From: Patescibacteria group bacterium
GTDB taxonomy: Bacteria; Patescibacteriota; UBA1384; JBAYJO01
Direction of reading: 5' to 3'
Assembly: GCA_041665085.1 (NCBI GenBank)
Contig: JBAYJO010000003.1
Span: 2,131-66,130 of the forward strand
DNA length: 64,000 bases
The position numbers and the translations under genes are program-made. Below the pieces are notes generated by a model. It was not told the DNA's origin. It searched no databases and was given only the letters and a program-made list of their open reading frames with translations. This document shows positions 20,304 to 28,397 of this stretch, piece after piece (position 1 is the stretch's first letter; each line of letters begins with the position of its first letter).

Positions 20304-21080
20304 ATGGAAGAAAAATTTAAAAGGTTAAAAACCTTGAATGCGTGGGCGTGTTTGCTTCATTTGGTCTCGGGAATATTAATGGTAGCGTTATCAACTAACC
20401 TAGAAGTGCCTATTACGGCCTCTTTTTTGCATTTTGACAGATTTAGTCAGACTCTGGTTCCGCAGATGGAAACATTATTTTCAATTAAACTTGGACTACT
20501 TGTAGCATCATTTTTGTTTATGTCTTCAATCGCTCATTTTTTAATTGCTTTTCCACTTAATAGTTGGTACAACAAAAACCTTAAGAATAATATAAATATT
20601 GCAAGATGGATTGAATATGCTTTTTCGTCATCTGTTATGATGGTTGTTATTTCATTTTTAGTTGGTATGAGCGATATTGCAACTTTAATTGTAATATTTT
20701 TTCTAAATGCAATGATGATACTTTTTGGATGGATGATGGAGCTTCATAACCAAACCCTTCGACAGTGTTCGGAACAGGCCGAAAAGGTAAACTGGACAGC
20801 ATACATTTTTGGTTGTATTGCTGGAATTGGTCCATGGATTGCTGTTGCGATATATTTAGCAAGTCCGGGAGTAGCTGATAATCCACCAACTTTTGTGTAT
20901 TGGATTTTCTTTTCAATTTTTATTTTCTTTAACATTTTTGCTGTAAACCAGATACTTCAATATAAAAAATTCGGTAAATGGAATGATTATCTTTATGGAG
21001 AAAAAGTATATATTATTTTAAGTTTTGTGGCAAAATCGCTTCTTGCGTGGCAAGTTTTTGCTGGTACACTAAGACCATAG
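20304..21080 (+). CDS. Heliorhodopsin (7-TM retinal protein, inverted topology).
   Basis: Full-length similarity to characterised heliorhodopsin 48C12: 'RWIEYAFSSSVM', 'FGWMMELHN', 'FGCIAGIGPWIAV', 'KFGKWNDYLYGEKVYIILSFVAKSLLAWQVFAGTL'. TM7 has the Schiff-base Lys in 'SFVAKS' and TM3 the counterion Glu in 'WIEY'. Confidence 0.9.
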   Translation: MEEKFKRLKTLNAWACLLHLVSGILMVALSTNLEVPITASFLHFDRFSQTLVPQMETLFSIKLGLLVASFLFMSSIAHFLIAFPLNSWYNKNLKNNINIARWIEYAFSSSVMMVVISFLVGMSDIATLIVIFFLNAMMILFGWMMELHNQTLRQCSEQAEKVNWTAYIFGCIAGIGPWIAVAIYLASPGVADNPPTFVYWIFFSIFIFFNIFAVNQILQYKKFGKWNDYLYGEKVYIILSFVAKSLLAWQVFAGTLRP

Positions 21081-21085
21081 GAAGT

Positions 21086-21454
21086 ATGAAAAAGATAAAC
21101 AAAAATTTAATTGCTTCGTGTGGAATGAACTGCGGAGTTTGTAGAGCATATTTGCGAGAGAAAAATAAATGTCCGGGCTGCCAAAAAGGTCCGACTATGA
21201 TTTCGTGCCAGCGTTGCAAACTTATGAACTGTCCTGATAGAAAGGGTGAATTTTGTTTTGAATGTGAGAAATTTCCATGTGATAGGCTTAATCATTTAGA
21301 TAAACGATATCGCGAAAAATACGGCATGAGTGAAATTGAAAATCTTGAAAATATTAGAGATAATGGGATTGATGAATTTATGAAAAGCCAGCGAAAAAAA
21401 TACCAATCAGAAAAAGGAACTTTTTGCGTGCATGATAAAAAATATTATAAATAA
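21086..21454 (+). CDS. Cys-rich DUF3795-family protein, translationally coupled to heliorhodopsin.
   Basis: CGMNCGVC…CPGCQ…CQRC…CPDR…CFEC…C pattern. ATG is 5 nt after the heliorhodopsin stop, preceded by AGGAAG. Confidence 0.65.
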   Translation: MKKINKNLIASCGMNCGVCRAYLREKNKCPGCQKGPTMISCQRCKLMNCPDRKGEFCFECEKFPCDRLNHLDKRYREKYGMSEIENLENIRDNGIDEFMKSQRKKYQSEKGTFCVHDKKYYK

Positions 21455-21466
21455 AAAGGAGAAAAA

Positions 21467-21790
21467 ATGGATCATAATAATATTACTACAGCACTCGAAT
21501 TGCCAGATTTAAAAATTGAAAAAAATTTAGGTGTTGTAAAAGGGATTACTGTTAGATCAAGATCATTATTTGGAACTATTGGAGCAGCATTTCAGACACT
21601 AGCAGGTGGAAATATTTCACTTTTAACAACACTTTGTGAAAAAACTCGAGCCGAAGCTTATGAATTAATGATTAAGCACGCAGAAGAAATTGGGGCAAAT
21701 GCTGTTGTGGCGGTAAAATATGACGCTACTGAAGTGATGAGTGGCGTGACTGAAGTATTGTGCTACGGCACTGCCGTTGTGGTGAAATAA
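21467..21790 (+). CDS. YbjQ/UPF0145 (DUF74) family protein.
   Basis: 107 aa, 'GVVKGITVRSRSLFGTIGAAFQTLAGG…ANAVVAVKYD' typical of YbjQ. Confidence 0.7.
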   Translation: MDHNNITTALELPDLKIEKNLGVVKGITVRSRSLFGTIGAAFQTLAGGNISLLTTLCEKTRAEAYELMIKHAEEIGANAVVAVKYDATEVMSGVTEVLCYGTAVVVK

Positions 21791-21802
21791 TAAAAAAAGG
21801 AG

Positions 21803-22597
21803 TTGATGATGAATCTTGTAGACAAGATAATTTTGGTTACGGGTGCTGGAAGCGGCATTGGCAGAGAGCTTACTTTGTCTTTATTAAAAAAAGGTACAAA
21901 AGTTATAGCTGTTGATATTGATAATGAATCTTTAGAAGAAACTAAAAAACTGGCAGGGTTAAATAGTGAAAATATTACAACTCAAATTATAAATATCGCC
22001 GATAAAAAAGCAGTTGAAAATTTGCCCGAAAAGATCAAAAATATTGATGGTATTGTTAATAATGCTGGAATAATTCAACCTTTTGTCAAAATAAATGATC
22101 TTGATTATGAATCAATTGAAAGAGTTATGAATATTAATTTTTACGGTACACTTTATATGACCAAGGCGTTTTTGCCACTTTTATTAAAACGTCCAGAAGC
22201 GTATATTGTAAATATTTCCAGTATGGGAGGATTTTTGCCAGTGCCTGGTCAAAGCATTTATGGCGCATCAAAAGCGGCAGTAAAACTTATGACAGAGGGA
22301 TTGTATGCGGAGTTGGCGGACACTAATGTTCATGTTACGGTTGTTTTTCCGGGAGCTACTAAAACAAATATTACTGTAAATTCTGGTTTAGATCAGCCAA
22401 AAGGCGGTTCGGAAAATAATTTTCCAATGTTGCCGGCGAAAAACGCAGCAAATTTAATTGTTAAAGGTATTGAAAACAATAAATTTCAAGTATTTTTGGG
22501 TAAAGACTGCAAATCAATGAACTTTTTATACCGTCTGAATCCTCGCTTTGCCACCAATTTTATTGCCAAGCAAATGCGTTCTTTGTTGACCAAATAA
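21803..22597 (+). CDS. Short-chain dehydrogenase/reductase (SDR).
   Basis: 'VTGAGSGIGRE' Rossmann motif, 'NNAG', catalytic 'YGASKAA'. Confidence 0.85.
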   Translation: MMMNLVDKIILVTGAGSGIGRELTLSLLKKGTKVIAVDIDNESLEETKKLAGLNSENITTQIINIADKKAVENLPEKIKNIDGIVNNAGIIQPFVKINDLDYESIERVMNINFYGTLYMTKAFLPLLLKRPEAYIVNISSMGGFLPVPGQSIYGASKAAVKLMTEGLYAELADTNVHVTVVFPGATKTNITVNSGLDQPKGGSENNFPMLPAKNAANLIVKGIENNKFQVFLGKDCKSMNFLYRLNPRFATNFIAKQMRSLLTK

Positions 22598-22612
22598 TTC
22601 AAATCTTATACT

Positions 22613-22657
22613 AAAATTGTCCCGACGAATAATGTCGGGACAATTTTAGTTAGAGAG
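22613..22657. terminator. Bidirectional intrinsic terminator (15-bp perfect stem).
   Basis: 'aaaattgtcccgacg aataa tgtcgggacaatttt', flanked by A- and T-runs. Confidence 0.75.
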
Positions 22658-22659
22658 TT

Positions 22660-22869
22660 CTACTTTCCGATCAAACCTGCTAAATGAAGCAGGTAGAGAA
22701 ATACTCCTACACAAACAAGTCCTGGTGCCCAAGCGAGCATTAGCCCAACTGGCGAGCCCCATTCATCCCAATGCGATCTGCGATACAATGGATAATCCAC
22801 ATTTCTGGTGCTTCTCAAAACCGATTCTTCGATTTCTTTGTTGAATCGCTTTGTTTCTTGTTTGTCCAT
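22660..22869 (-). CDS. Hypothetical small membrane protein (69 aa), GC-rich. Coding status is uncertain.
   Basis: Single ORF in a locally GC-rich patch with a C-terminal hydrophobic stretch. No recognisable family. Confidence 0.3.
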   Translation of the reverse strand: MDKQETKRFNKEIEESVLRSTRNVDYPLYRRSHWDEWGSPVGLMLAWAPGLVCVGVFLYLLHLAGLIGK

Positions 22870-23275
22870 AATGTGTACCTCTTTTAGTTCATAAGATGAC
22901 TATCCGATCGACCCTTCGACAAGCTCACCATTCGATCCCGAGCAACTCATGGTCGAGGGATGGCAAGCCGAATTTTAGGATAGTTTTTGGGGCCCTTGAG
23001 TTTTCTCGTTTGGACTCCTTTAATTGCTTCAAGGGTAAAGCAGGAGTATCTAATCCAACGAGTTTATTATAATAAATTCAGGCAAAAAAACAACACCACT
23101 CTTGCTTGTCATTCCTTAATTTTACGCGAAGGAGAAACTTTTCCTTAATATTTTTGGCACTATAATAGAGGTGGTAAATACCATTTACTCTATGAGCTGA
23201 ACGACCTTGAGGTAGACGGCCTATTTGTTCTATAAGATGGAAAGACTGGGCGGAAGAAATAAATATATATTCATA

Positions 23276-23304
23276 TTGACATCAATAATGTATGGGTATA
23301 TATT
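23276..23304 (+). promoter_or_regulatory. Sigma70-type promoter (TTGACA-17-TATATT) upstream of the DUF5320 gene.
   Basis: Exact consensus -35 and a near-consensus -10 with a 17-nt spacer, ~40 nt upstream of the RBS AAAGGAGGTGA. Confidence 0.55.
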
Positions 23305-23346
23305 TATAGTATAAGGTAAAATTATCACCGAAAGGAGGTGAGAAAT

Positions 23347-23586
23347 ATGCCAGGATTTGATCAAACAGGTCCTCAAGGACGAGGTCCAATGACAGGAAGA
23401 GGGTTGGGACCATGCGGGAGAGGTATGGGCTGGGGCAGAGGTTACGGACAAGGTTGTGGGAGATTCGCAGGACGATCCTATCTCTCAAAAAGAGAAGAAG
23501 TGGAAGATTTAGAAGAAGAAGCCAAAGATCTTGAATCAGATCTTAAAGCTTTAAAAGAAAGAATTGCTGAGATCAAGGGAGAATAA
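23347..23586 (+). CDS. DUF5320-family protein (Gly/Arg-rich N-terminus, C-terminal coiled coil).
   Basis: 'MPGFDQTGPQGRGPMTGRGLGPCGRGMGWGRGYG' followed by an acidic coiled coil. ATG after AAAGGAGGTGA. This family typically accompanies NifB/NifX-like and MinD-FeS genes. Confidence 0.7.
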   Translation: MPGFDQTGPQGRGPMTGRGLGPCGRGMGWGRGYGQGCGRFAGRSYLSKREEVEDLEEEAKDLESDLKALKERIAEIKGE

Positions 23587-23686
23587 AAAAGCCGCTCCGG
23601 CGATCCAGTCTTTCTGGACGCTGGGGCGACCCTGCATTTTCAATTTTACTGAAAAATAAATATTTATCAATAAGAGAGGGAGTAAA

Positions 23687-24418
23687 ATGAGATTGGAAAA
23701 TAAAGTAGCGATTGTAACGGGTGCAGCATCCGGTATCGGCAAAGCGATCGCTGAAACATTTATTAAAGAAGGGGCCAAGGTTGTCTATTCCGATATTAAT
23801 GCGCCGGATAATTTTGAAACAACCGACAGAACATTATTTATAAAATGCGATGTTTCAAATTCAAAAGATGTGGATGCGTTGATTGGTGGAACAATCGATC
23901 ATTTTGGTAAAATTGACATTATGGTAAATAATGCCGGAATCGGCGGTTTGGGCGGTATTCTTGATGTTACTGATGAGAATTGGGATAAAACAATCGGGAT
24001 AAATCTTTCCGGCGTGATGTACGGCATGAGAGCAGTAGCCAATAAGATGAAGGAGTCGAACATCAAGGGCGCTATCATTAATATGAGTTCTATCTTGGGA
24101 AGTGTTGGTTTTAATGGAGCTATTGCATACTGCGCGGCAAAAGGCGGAATTGTTCAACTAACGCATGCCGGTTCTCTTGATCTTGCTCAATATAATATTA
24201 GAGTAAACGCAATTGCCCCGGGATTTATCCAAACCAATATGACAAAAGATATTTTGAAAGATGAACAATTTAATCAATTAGTAACCGGATCAACACCGCT
24301 GGGGCATGTTGGTGAGCCAGATGACATTGCCAATGCTGCTGTTTATTTGGCATCAGACGAGGCCAAATATGTCACAGGTAACATTTTATATGTTGACGGT
24401 GGGTGGACAGCTAAATAG
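23687..24418 (+). CDS. SDR-family oxidoreductase (FabG-like 3-oxoacyl-ACP reductase type).
   Basis: 'VTGAASGIGKA', 'NNAGI', 'YCAAKGG', 'YVTGNILYVDGGWTA'. Confidence 0.85.
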   Translation: MRLENKVAIVTGAASGIGKAIAETFIKEGAKVVYSDINAPDNFETTDRTLFIKCDVSNSKDVDALIGGTIDHFGKIDIMVNNAGIGGLGGILDVTDENWDKTIGINLSGVMYGMRAVANKMKESNIKGAIINMSSILGSVGFNGAIAYCAAKGGIVQLTHAGSLDLAQYNIRVNAIAPGFIQTNMTKDILKDEQFNQLVTGSTPLGHVGEPDDIANAAVYLASDEAKYVTGNILYVDGGWTAK

Positions 24419-24428
24419 AAAGGAAGAA

Positions 24429-24767
24429 ATGAAAATAGCAATCGGAATAAAAGACAAAGAGAGCAAAGAAATAAATGAGATGTTTGCTAGATCTTCGTAT
24501 TTTTTATTTATAGAAGTTGAAAATAAAGAAATTGTCAATGAAAAAATTGAAGAAAATACATTTACCGATCAAATGAGCGGCGCTGGGATTGCCGTAATTG
24601 AACATTTGGCAAAAAAGGAAGTCGAGACAATAATTTGCGCTAATCTTGGACCACGTGCGCTTGATCTTTGTAAACAACTTCAAATTAAAGCCTACAAAAC
24701 AAATGATTCTACCTATGAAAAAACTATAGAATTATTTTTGAAAAATGATTTAGTTGAGATCAAATAA
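24429..24767 (+). CDS. NifX/NifB-C-terminal-like (dinitrogenase FeMo-cofactor-binding fold) protein.
   Basis: 112 aa, 'MKIAIGIKDK…MFARSSYFLFIEV…GAGIAVIEHLAKKEVETIICANLGPRALDL'. Start placed after RBS AGGAAG; the track ORF runs on from the upstream gene. Confidence 0.7.
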   Translation: MKIAIGIKDKESKEINEMFARSSYFLFIEVENKEIVNEKIEENTFTDQMSGAGIAVIEHLAKKEVETIICANLGPRALDLCKQLQIKAYKTNDSTYEKTIELFLKNDLVEIK

Positions 24768-24768
24768 T

Positions 24769-25116
24769 ATGAAAATAGCAATACCAACAAACGACAAAAA
24801 AACTGTTGCAGACCATTTTGGACGTTGCCAAACATACTTGTGTTTTGACGAAAAAGGCAATAGTTTGGCCGAGATTAACAATACTTCCGAGCATATGGGC
24901 GGACAAGGATTGCCTCCGGAATTACTAAAAAATAACGGTGTGGATGTTCTTTTGTGCAAAGATTTAGGACCCTACGCTATCTCACTTTGCAGTGAAAATA
25001 ACATAAAGGTTTACAAACATTCTGAAGCAGAATTGATAAATAGCCTTTTTAATTTATGGCAGTCTAATAAATTAAAAGAAATCGCTATCGGTGAAGGCTG
25101 TGAAAGCCATCAATAA
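24769..25116 (+). CDS. NifX/NifB-like FeMo-co-binding-fold protein (second paralog).
   Basis: 'MKIAIPTNDKKTVADHFGRCQTYLCFD…GVDVLLCKDLGPYAISL', with the characteristic HFG motif. Confidence 0.7.
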   Translation: MKIAIPTNDKKTVADHFGRCQTYLCFDEKGNSLAEINNTSEHMGGQGLPPELLKNNGVDVLLCKDLGPYAISLCSENNIKVYKHSEAELINSLFNLWQSNKLKEIAIGEGCESHQ

Positions 25117-25125
25117 GGAGAAAAT

Positions 25126-25995
25126 ATGAAAATTGCAGTCGCCGGAGGAAAAGGTGGAACCGGAAAATCTACTATCGCGACAATAATTGCGGCAGAATTG
25201 GGCGTAAAAGCAAAAACTATGCTCATTGATTGCGATGTAGAATGTCCCAATGATCATTTGCTTTTGAATACTAAGCTTAAATTCTATAAAGATGTTTTTC
25301 AAGTTATTCCTAAATGGGATCAAGACATCTGCAACAAATGTGGCAAATGCGCTGAAATTTGTAAACAAGATGCTATAATTTTTGTCGAAGGCAAATTTCC
25401 CGCGTTTTTAGCGGAAAGATGCATTGGTTGTAAGGCATGCTTAGCTGCCTGTCCGCTCCATGCAATAAGCACTGATCAAAGGCCTGTTGGAAAAATTTAC
25501 CTGTCGGATAGCAAAAAATATAATATTACTTTAGTCACCGGAGAGTTAAATATTGGAGATTTGGCTTCCGGAGAAATTGTAGCCGAATTACGAAAAGAGT
25601 CAAAAAAAATTAATCTTGATAAAAAATGCGAGCATATTGTTACTGATGCGGCCGCCGGAATCGGTTGTCCTGTTATCGCTTCAATATTGAACAATGATTA
25701 TATGATCGCGGTTACCGAGCCAACTCCTTCTGCTTTTAGCGACTTAAAGAGAGTAATCAGCTTGGCAACTCATTTTAATATTCCCATTGGAATTGTAATA
25801 AATAAGTATGATATAAATGAAAAATTTATTAAGGAAATTGAAAAATTTGCCGATTGCTATAAAATTAAAATAGTCGGAAAAATCCCTTACGATAAAAATC
25901 TGATAAAATTAAATGTGGAAGGAAAAATAAGCGACAAGAGCAAATATAAAGAAATTATTAAAAAATTATTAAGCAATATTGAAGAAACCATATGA
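25126..25995 (+). CDS. MinD/ParA-superfamily P-loop ATPase with a 2x[4Fe-4S] ferredoxin insert (CooC/Mrp-like).
   Basis: 'AGGKGGTGKST' deviant Walker A and two CxxCxxCxxxCP motifs (CNKCGKCAEIC, CIGCKACLAACP). Confidence 0.8.
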   Translation: MKIAVAGGKGGTGKSTIATIIAAELGVKAKTMLIDCDVECPNDHLLLNTKLKFYKDVFQVIPKWDQDICNKCGKCAEICKQDAIIFVEGKFPAFLAERCIGCKACLAACPLHAISTDQRPVGKIYLSDSKKYNITLVTGELNIGDLASGEIVAELRKESKKINLDKKCEHIVTDAAAGIGCPVIASILNNDYMIAVTEPTPSAFSDLKRVISLATHFNIPIGIVINKYDINEKFIKEIEKFADCYKIKIVGKIPYDKNLIKLNVEGKISDKSKYKEIIKKLLSNIEETI

Positions 25996-27263
25996 AAATG
26001 AACGCCAAAATAATTTCATTAATCTCAGCCATTACCAATATTATATTGTCGGCGGCAAAATTGATTGCCGGTTTTGCTTTTGGTAGCATTACATTGATTG
26101 CATCAGGTATAGATTCATCCCTAGACATTGTGTCTTCTCTTATAACTTTCTTTGGAATTAAAATCTCTGAAAAACCTGCCGACAAAGAACATCCTTATGG
26201 TCATGCAAGATATGAAAGTTTGGCTAGCTATACCGTAGTAATGCTTATTTTTGCTTCGACGCTTTGGATTATTTATGAAGCTTTCATTGAATTATTCAAA
26301 GGCGGTTACAATGTGCAGTATTCAATAATTTCTATAATAGTAATTATTGCTGCCATAATTATTACAGAAGTGCTAGCACGGCTTAAGTACTACTTTGGCA
26401 ATAAGTTTTCCTCGCTTTCTCTTGTTGCGGACGCACAACATTCAAGAGCCGATGTTCTATCGCAGATTGCCGTTTTAACCGGTCTTTATATAACAAAATA
26501 TTTTTCTGTCGCAGACAATATTTTAGCAATTCTAATTGCTTTTTATGTTCTCTGGAGTACATATAATCTTGCTAAGGAATCGGTTGATTCGCTAGTCGAT
26601 AAGGCAAATAATGAACTTGAAAAAAAGATTGATGATTGGCTTAAAACCAATGATTATCATTTTTCCGATATAAAGACTCGAAAAATAGGATCTCAAAATT
26701 TTGCTGAAATATTCTTAGTATTGGAAAAAAAATTAGAAACAGAAGAAATAACTGAATATCTTCGAAAACTCGAGCATCAGATATTAAACAGTTTTAACGA
26801 ATTGACTCAAGTCACTTTGTCCATTGATTCGCATAATATTTCGGACTCTTCGACCAGAAATTGGCTTGGCGGAAGAATGCATTTTCGATTTGCCAATTCT
26901 AATATGAAAGGCACAGCAATCAGCCCCAAAGAAACAGATGCTTACCGTATTGTAATTCCGTATCAAGATGGCAAAATATCTTCAGATTTTGGTTCTAAAG
27001 AGTACATGCTAATCGACCGTTCCTCTAAAAAAGAAGGGTTTAAGAAAGAAATTACAGCCAATCCTTTTTTTGACAATGGAGAAAATTCAGGTCACGGAGT
27101 TCGTTTTATAAAATCCGTCGATGCGGATGAAATCATTGTTAGATCGATCGGTCACGGAGCATTGAACAATTTAAAGTCACAAAATGTTAAGATTACTATC
27201 CTTAAGAAGGATATTAGTTTAGATGAATTAGAAAGAGAAAAGTATGAAACCGAGAAAATGTAG
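25992..27263 (+). CDS. Cation diffusion facilitator (CDF) transporter fused to a C-terminal NifX-like domain.
   Basis: N-terminal 6-TM CDF core ('HPYGHARYESLAS', 'HSRADVLSQ'). C-terminal ~110 aa 'RIVIPYQDGKISSDFGSKEYMLID…GHGVRFIKSVDADEIIVRSIGHGALNNL' resembles the upstream NifX-like proteins. Confidence 0.7.
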   Translation: MKMNAKIISLISAITNIILSAAKLIAGFAFGSITLIASGIDSSLDIVSSLITFFGIKISEKPADKEHPYGHARYESLASYTVVMLIFASTLWIIYEAFIELFKGGYNVQYSIISIIVIIAAIIITEVLARLKYYFGNKFSSLSLVADAQHSRADVLSQIAVLTGLYITKYFSVADNILAILIAFYVLWSTYNLAKESVDSLVDKANNELEKKIDDWLKTNDYHFSDIKTRKIGSQNFAEIFLVLEKKLETEEITEYLRKLEHQILNSFNELTQVTLSIDSHNISDSSTRNWLGGRMHFRFANSNMKGTAISPKETDAYRIVIPYQDGKISSDFGSKEYMLIDRSSKKEGFKKEITANPFFDNGENSGHGVRFIKSVDADEIIVRSIGHGALNNLKSQNVKITILKKDISLDELEREKYETEKM

Positions 27264-27528
27264 AAAAATCGAATTTGAACCAAGCGTTTTTTATTTTAAA
27301 CCGCAGGGAGTCCCGCTTCGTTTTTTGGATGAGGTTGATCTTTCAGCTGAAGAATTAGAAGCAATGAGGCTAAAAAATATTGAGGATATGGATCAGATCG
27401 AAGCAGCAGAAAAAATGCATACTTCGCAGAGTACCTTCCAACGAATCTTGTCTTCCGCATACAAAAAGATTTCCATTGCCTTGATAGAAGGCAAAGCAAT
27501 AAAAATTCATGAAATTGAGCGTCCATAA
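27244..27528 (+). CDS. DUF134/UPF0251 predicted DNA-binding protein.
   Basis: 'KPRKCRKIEFEPSVFYFKPQGVP…LSAEELEAMRLKNIEDMDQIEAAEKMHTSQSTFQRIL…ALIEGKAIKI' matches the family hallmark. Confidence 0.7.
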   Translation: MKPRKCRKIEFEPSVFYFKPQGVPLRFLDEVDLSAEELEAMRLKNIEDMDQIEAAEKMHTSQSTFQRILSSAYKKISIALIEGKAIKIHEIERP

Positions 27529-27588
27529 AACATTTTGCGTGTCAATAAACCAATGTCTTGTTAAAAAATAGCTTTAGCTTTAGCTTTA

Positions 27589-28354
27589 GGGGACGCTTCA
27601 CTTTCACTCAATGCTTTAGCGATAACTTAAATTTTGGTATAGTATAGTTATGCCACGACAACCAAGATTTCTTCCACCGGACAACTACTATCATATAATG
27701 AACCGCGGTAATAACGGCCAGCAGATTTTTACTTGTGATGAAGATTATCAATATTACCTCGACAAATTATTAGAACTTAAATATGAACATCCATTTAATC
27801 TCTCTCACTATTGTCTGATGCCTACTCATGTTCATTTTTTACTAAAAATAATCAAAGAAACTGATTTTTCCATCTTTTCAAAACGGTTGAACTTAAGTTA
27901 CGCTATTTATTTTAAAAGAAACTATGGCTCTATAGGCCATTTCTGGCAGGGTAGGTTTAAAAGCCAGTTAATAAGCAATGATATCTATCTTATGCAGTGC
28001 GGAAAATATATTGAATTAAATCCAGTCAGAGCAGACATGATAACAATGCCAGAAGACTATTCCTGGTCAAGCTATCAATATTATGCCTTTGGTAAAAAGA
28101 ACAGTTTGATTACCGAAGATATTTTTTACAATGAATTTGGAAATGATCAAAAAGAAAGGCAAAAAAATTATTCCCAATTTATGATTGATGAGGCTATTGC
28201 GACTACGATGAGTAGTAAGAAGCTAGCTATCGGAGCTAAAGATTTCGTGTATAATATAAATAGAAAAAATAAATACCACTTAGAAAATAAAGATGCTTCC
28301 TACCATTCAAAAAATACTTATCGCTAAAGTATTGAGTGAAAGTGAAGCGTCCCC
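27589..28354 (+). mobile_element. REP-associated tyrosine transposase (RAYT)/IS200-like element bounded by 33-bp perfect inverted repeats.
   Basis: Left inverted repeat 27589-27621 'ggggacgcttcactttcactcaatgctttagcg' and right inverted repeat 28322-28354 (its exact reverse complement). Short tandem repeats (tagcttt)x3 and (ccccgaaag)x2 lie just outside. Confidence 0.75.
27650..28327 (+). CDS. Y1 HUH tyrosine transposase (RAYT / TnpA-REP family).
   Basis: 'YHIMNRGNNGQQIF…HYCLMPTHVHFLLK…' has the HxH (HVH) motif, and there is a downstream Tyr region ('YSWSSYQYY'). Confidence 0.75.
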   Translation: MPRQPRFLPPDNYYHIMNRGNNGQQIFTCDEDYQYYLDKLLELKYEHPFNLSHYCLMPTHVHFLLKIIKETDFSIFSKRLNLSYAIYFKRNYGSIGHFWQGRFKSQLISNDIYLMQCGKYIELNPVRADMITMPEDYSWSSYQYYAFGKKNSLITEDIFYNEFGNDQKERQKNYSQFMIDEAIATTMSSKKLAIGAKDFVYNINRKNKYHLENKDASYHSKNTYR

Positions 28355-28397
28355 GAAAGTCCCCGAAAGACTATGATTTAGAGGGCGGGTATAATAC

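Noticed and set aside
22930-23000. On the minus strand, 'GGATTAGATAC' and 'AAACTCAAGGG…CCCC' resemble the universally conserved 16S rRNA segments (785 region, 907-926).
   Set aside because: The two motifs are only ~45 nt apart, versus ~120 nt in genuine 16S. Neither helix context nor the rest of the gene is present. This is most likely a chance match or a tiny degenerate fragment, and it is not called as rRNA.
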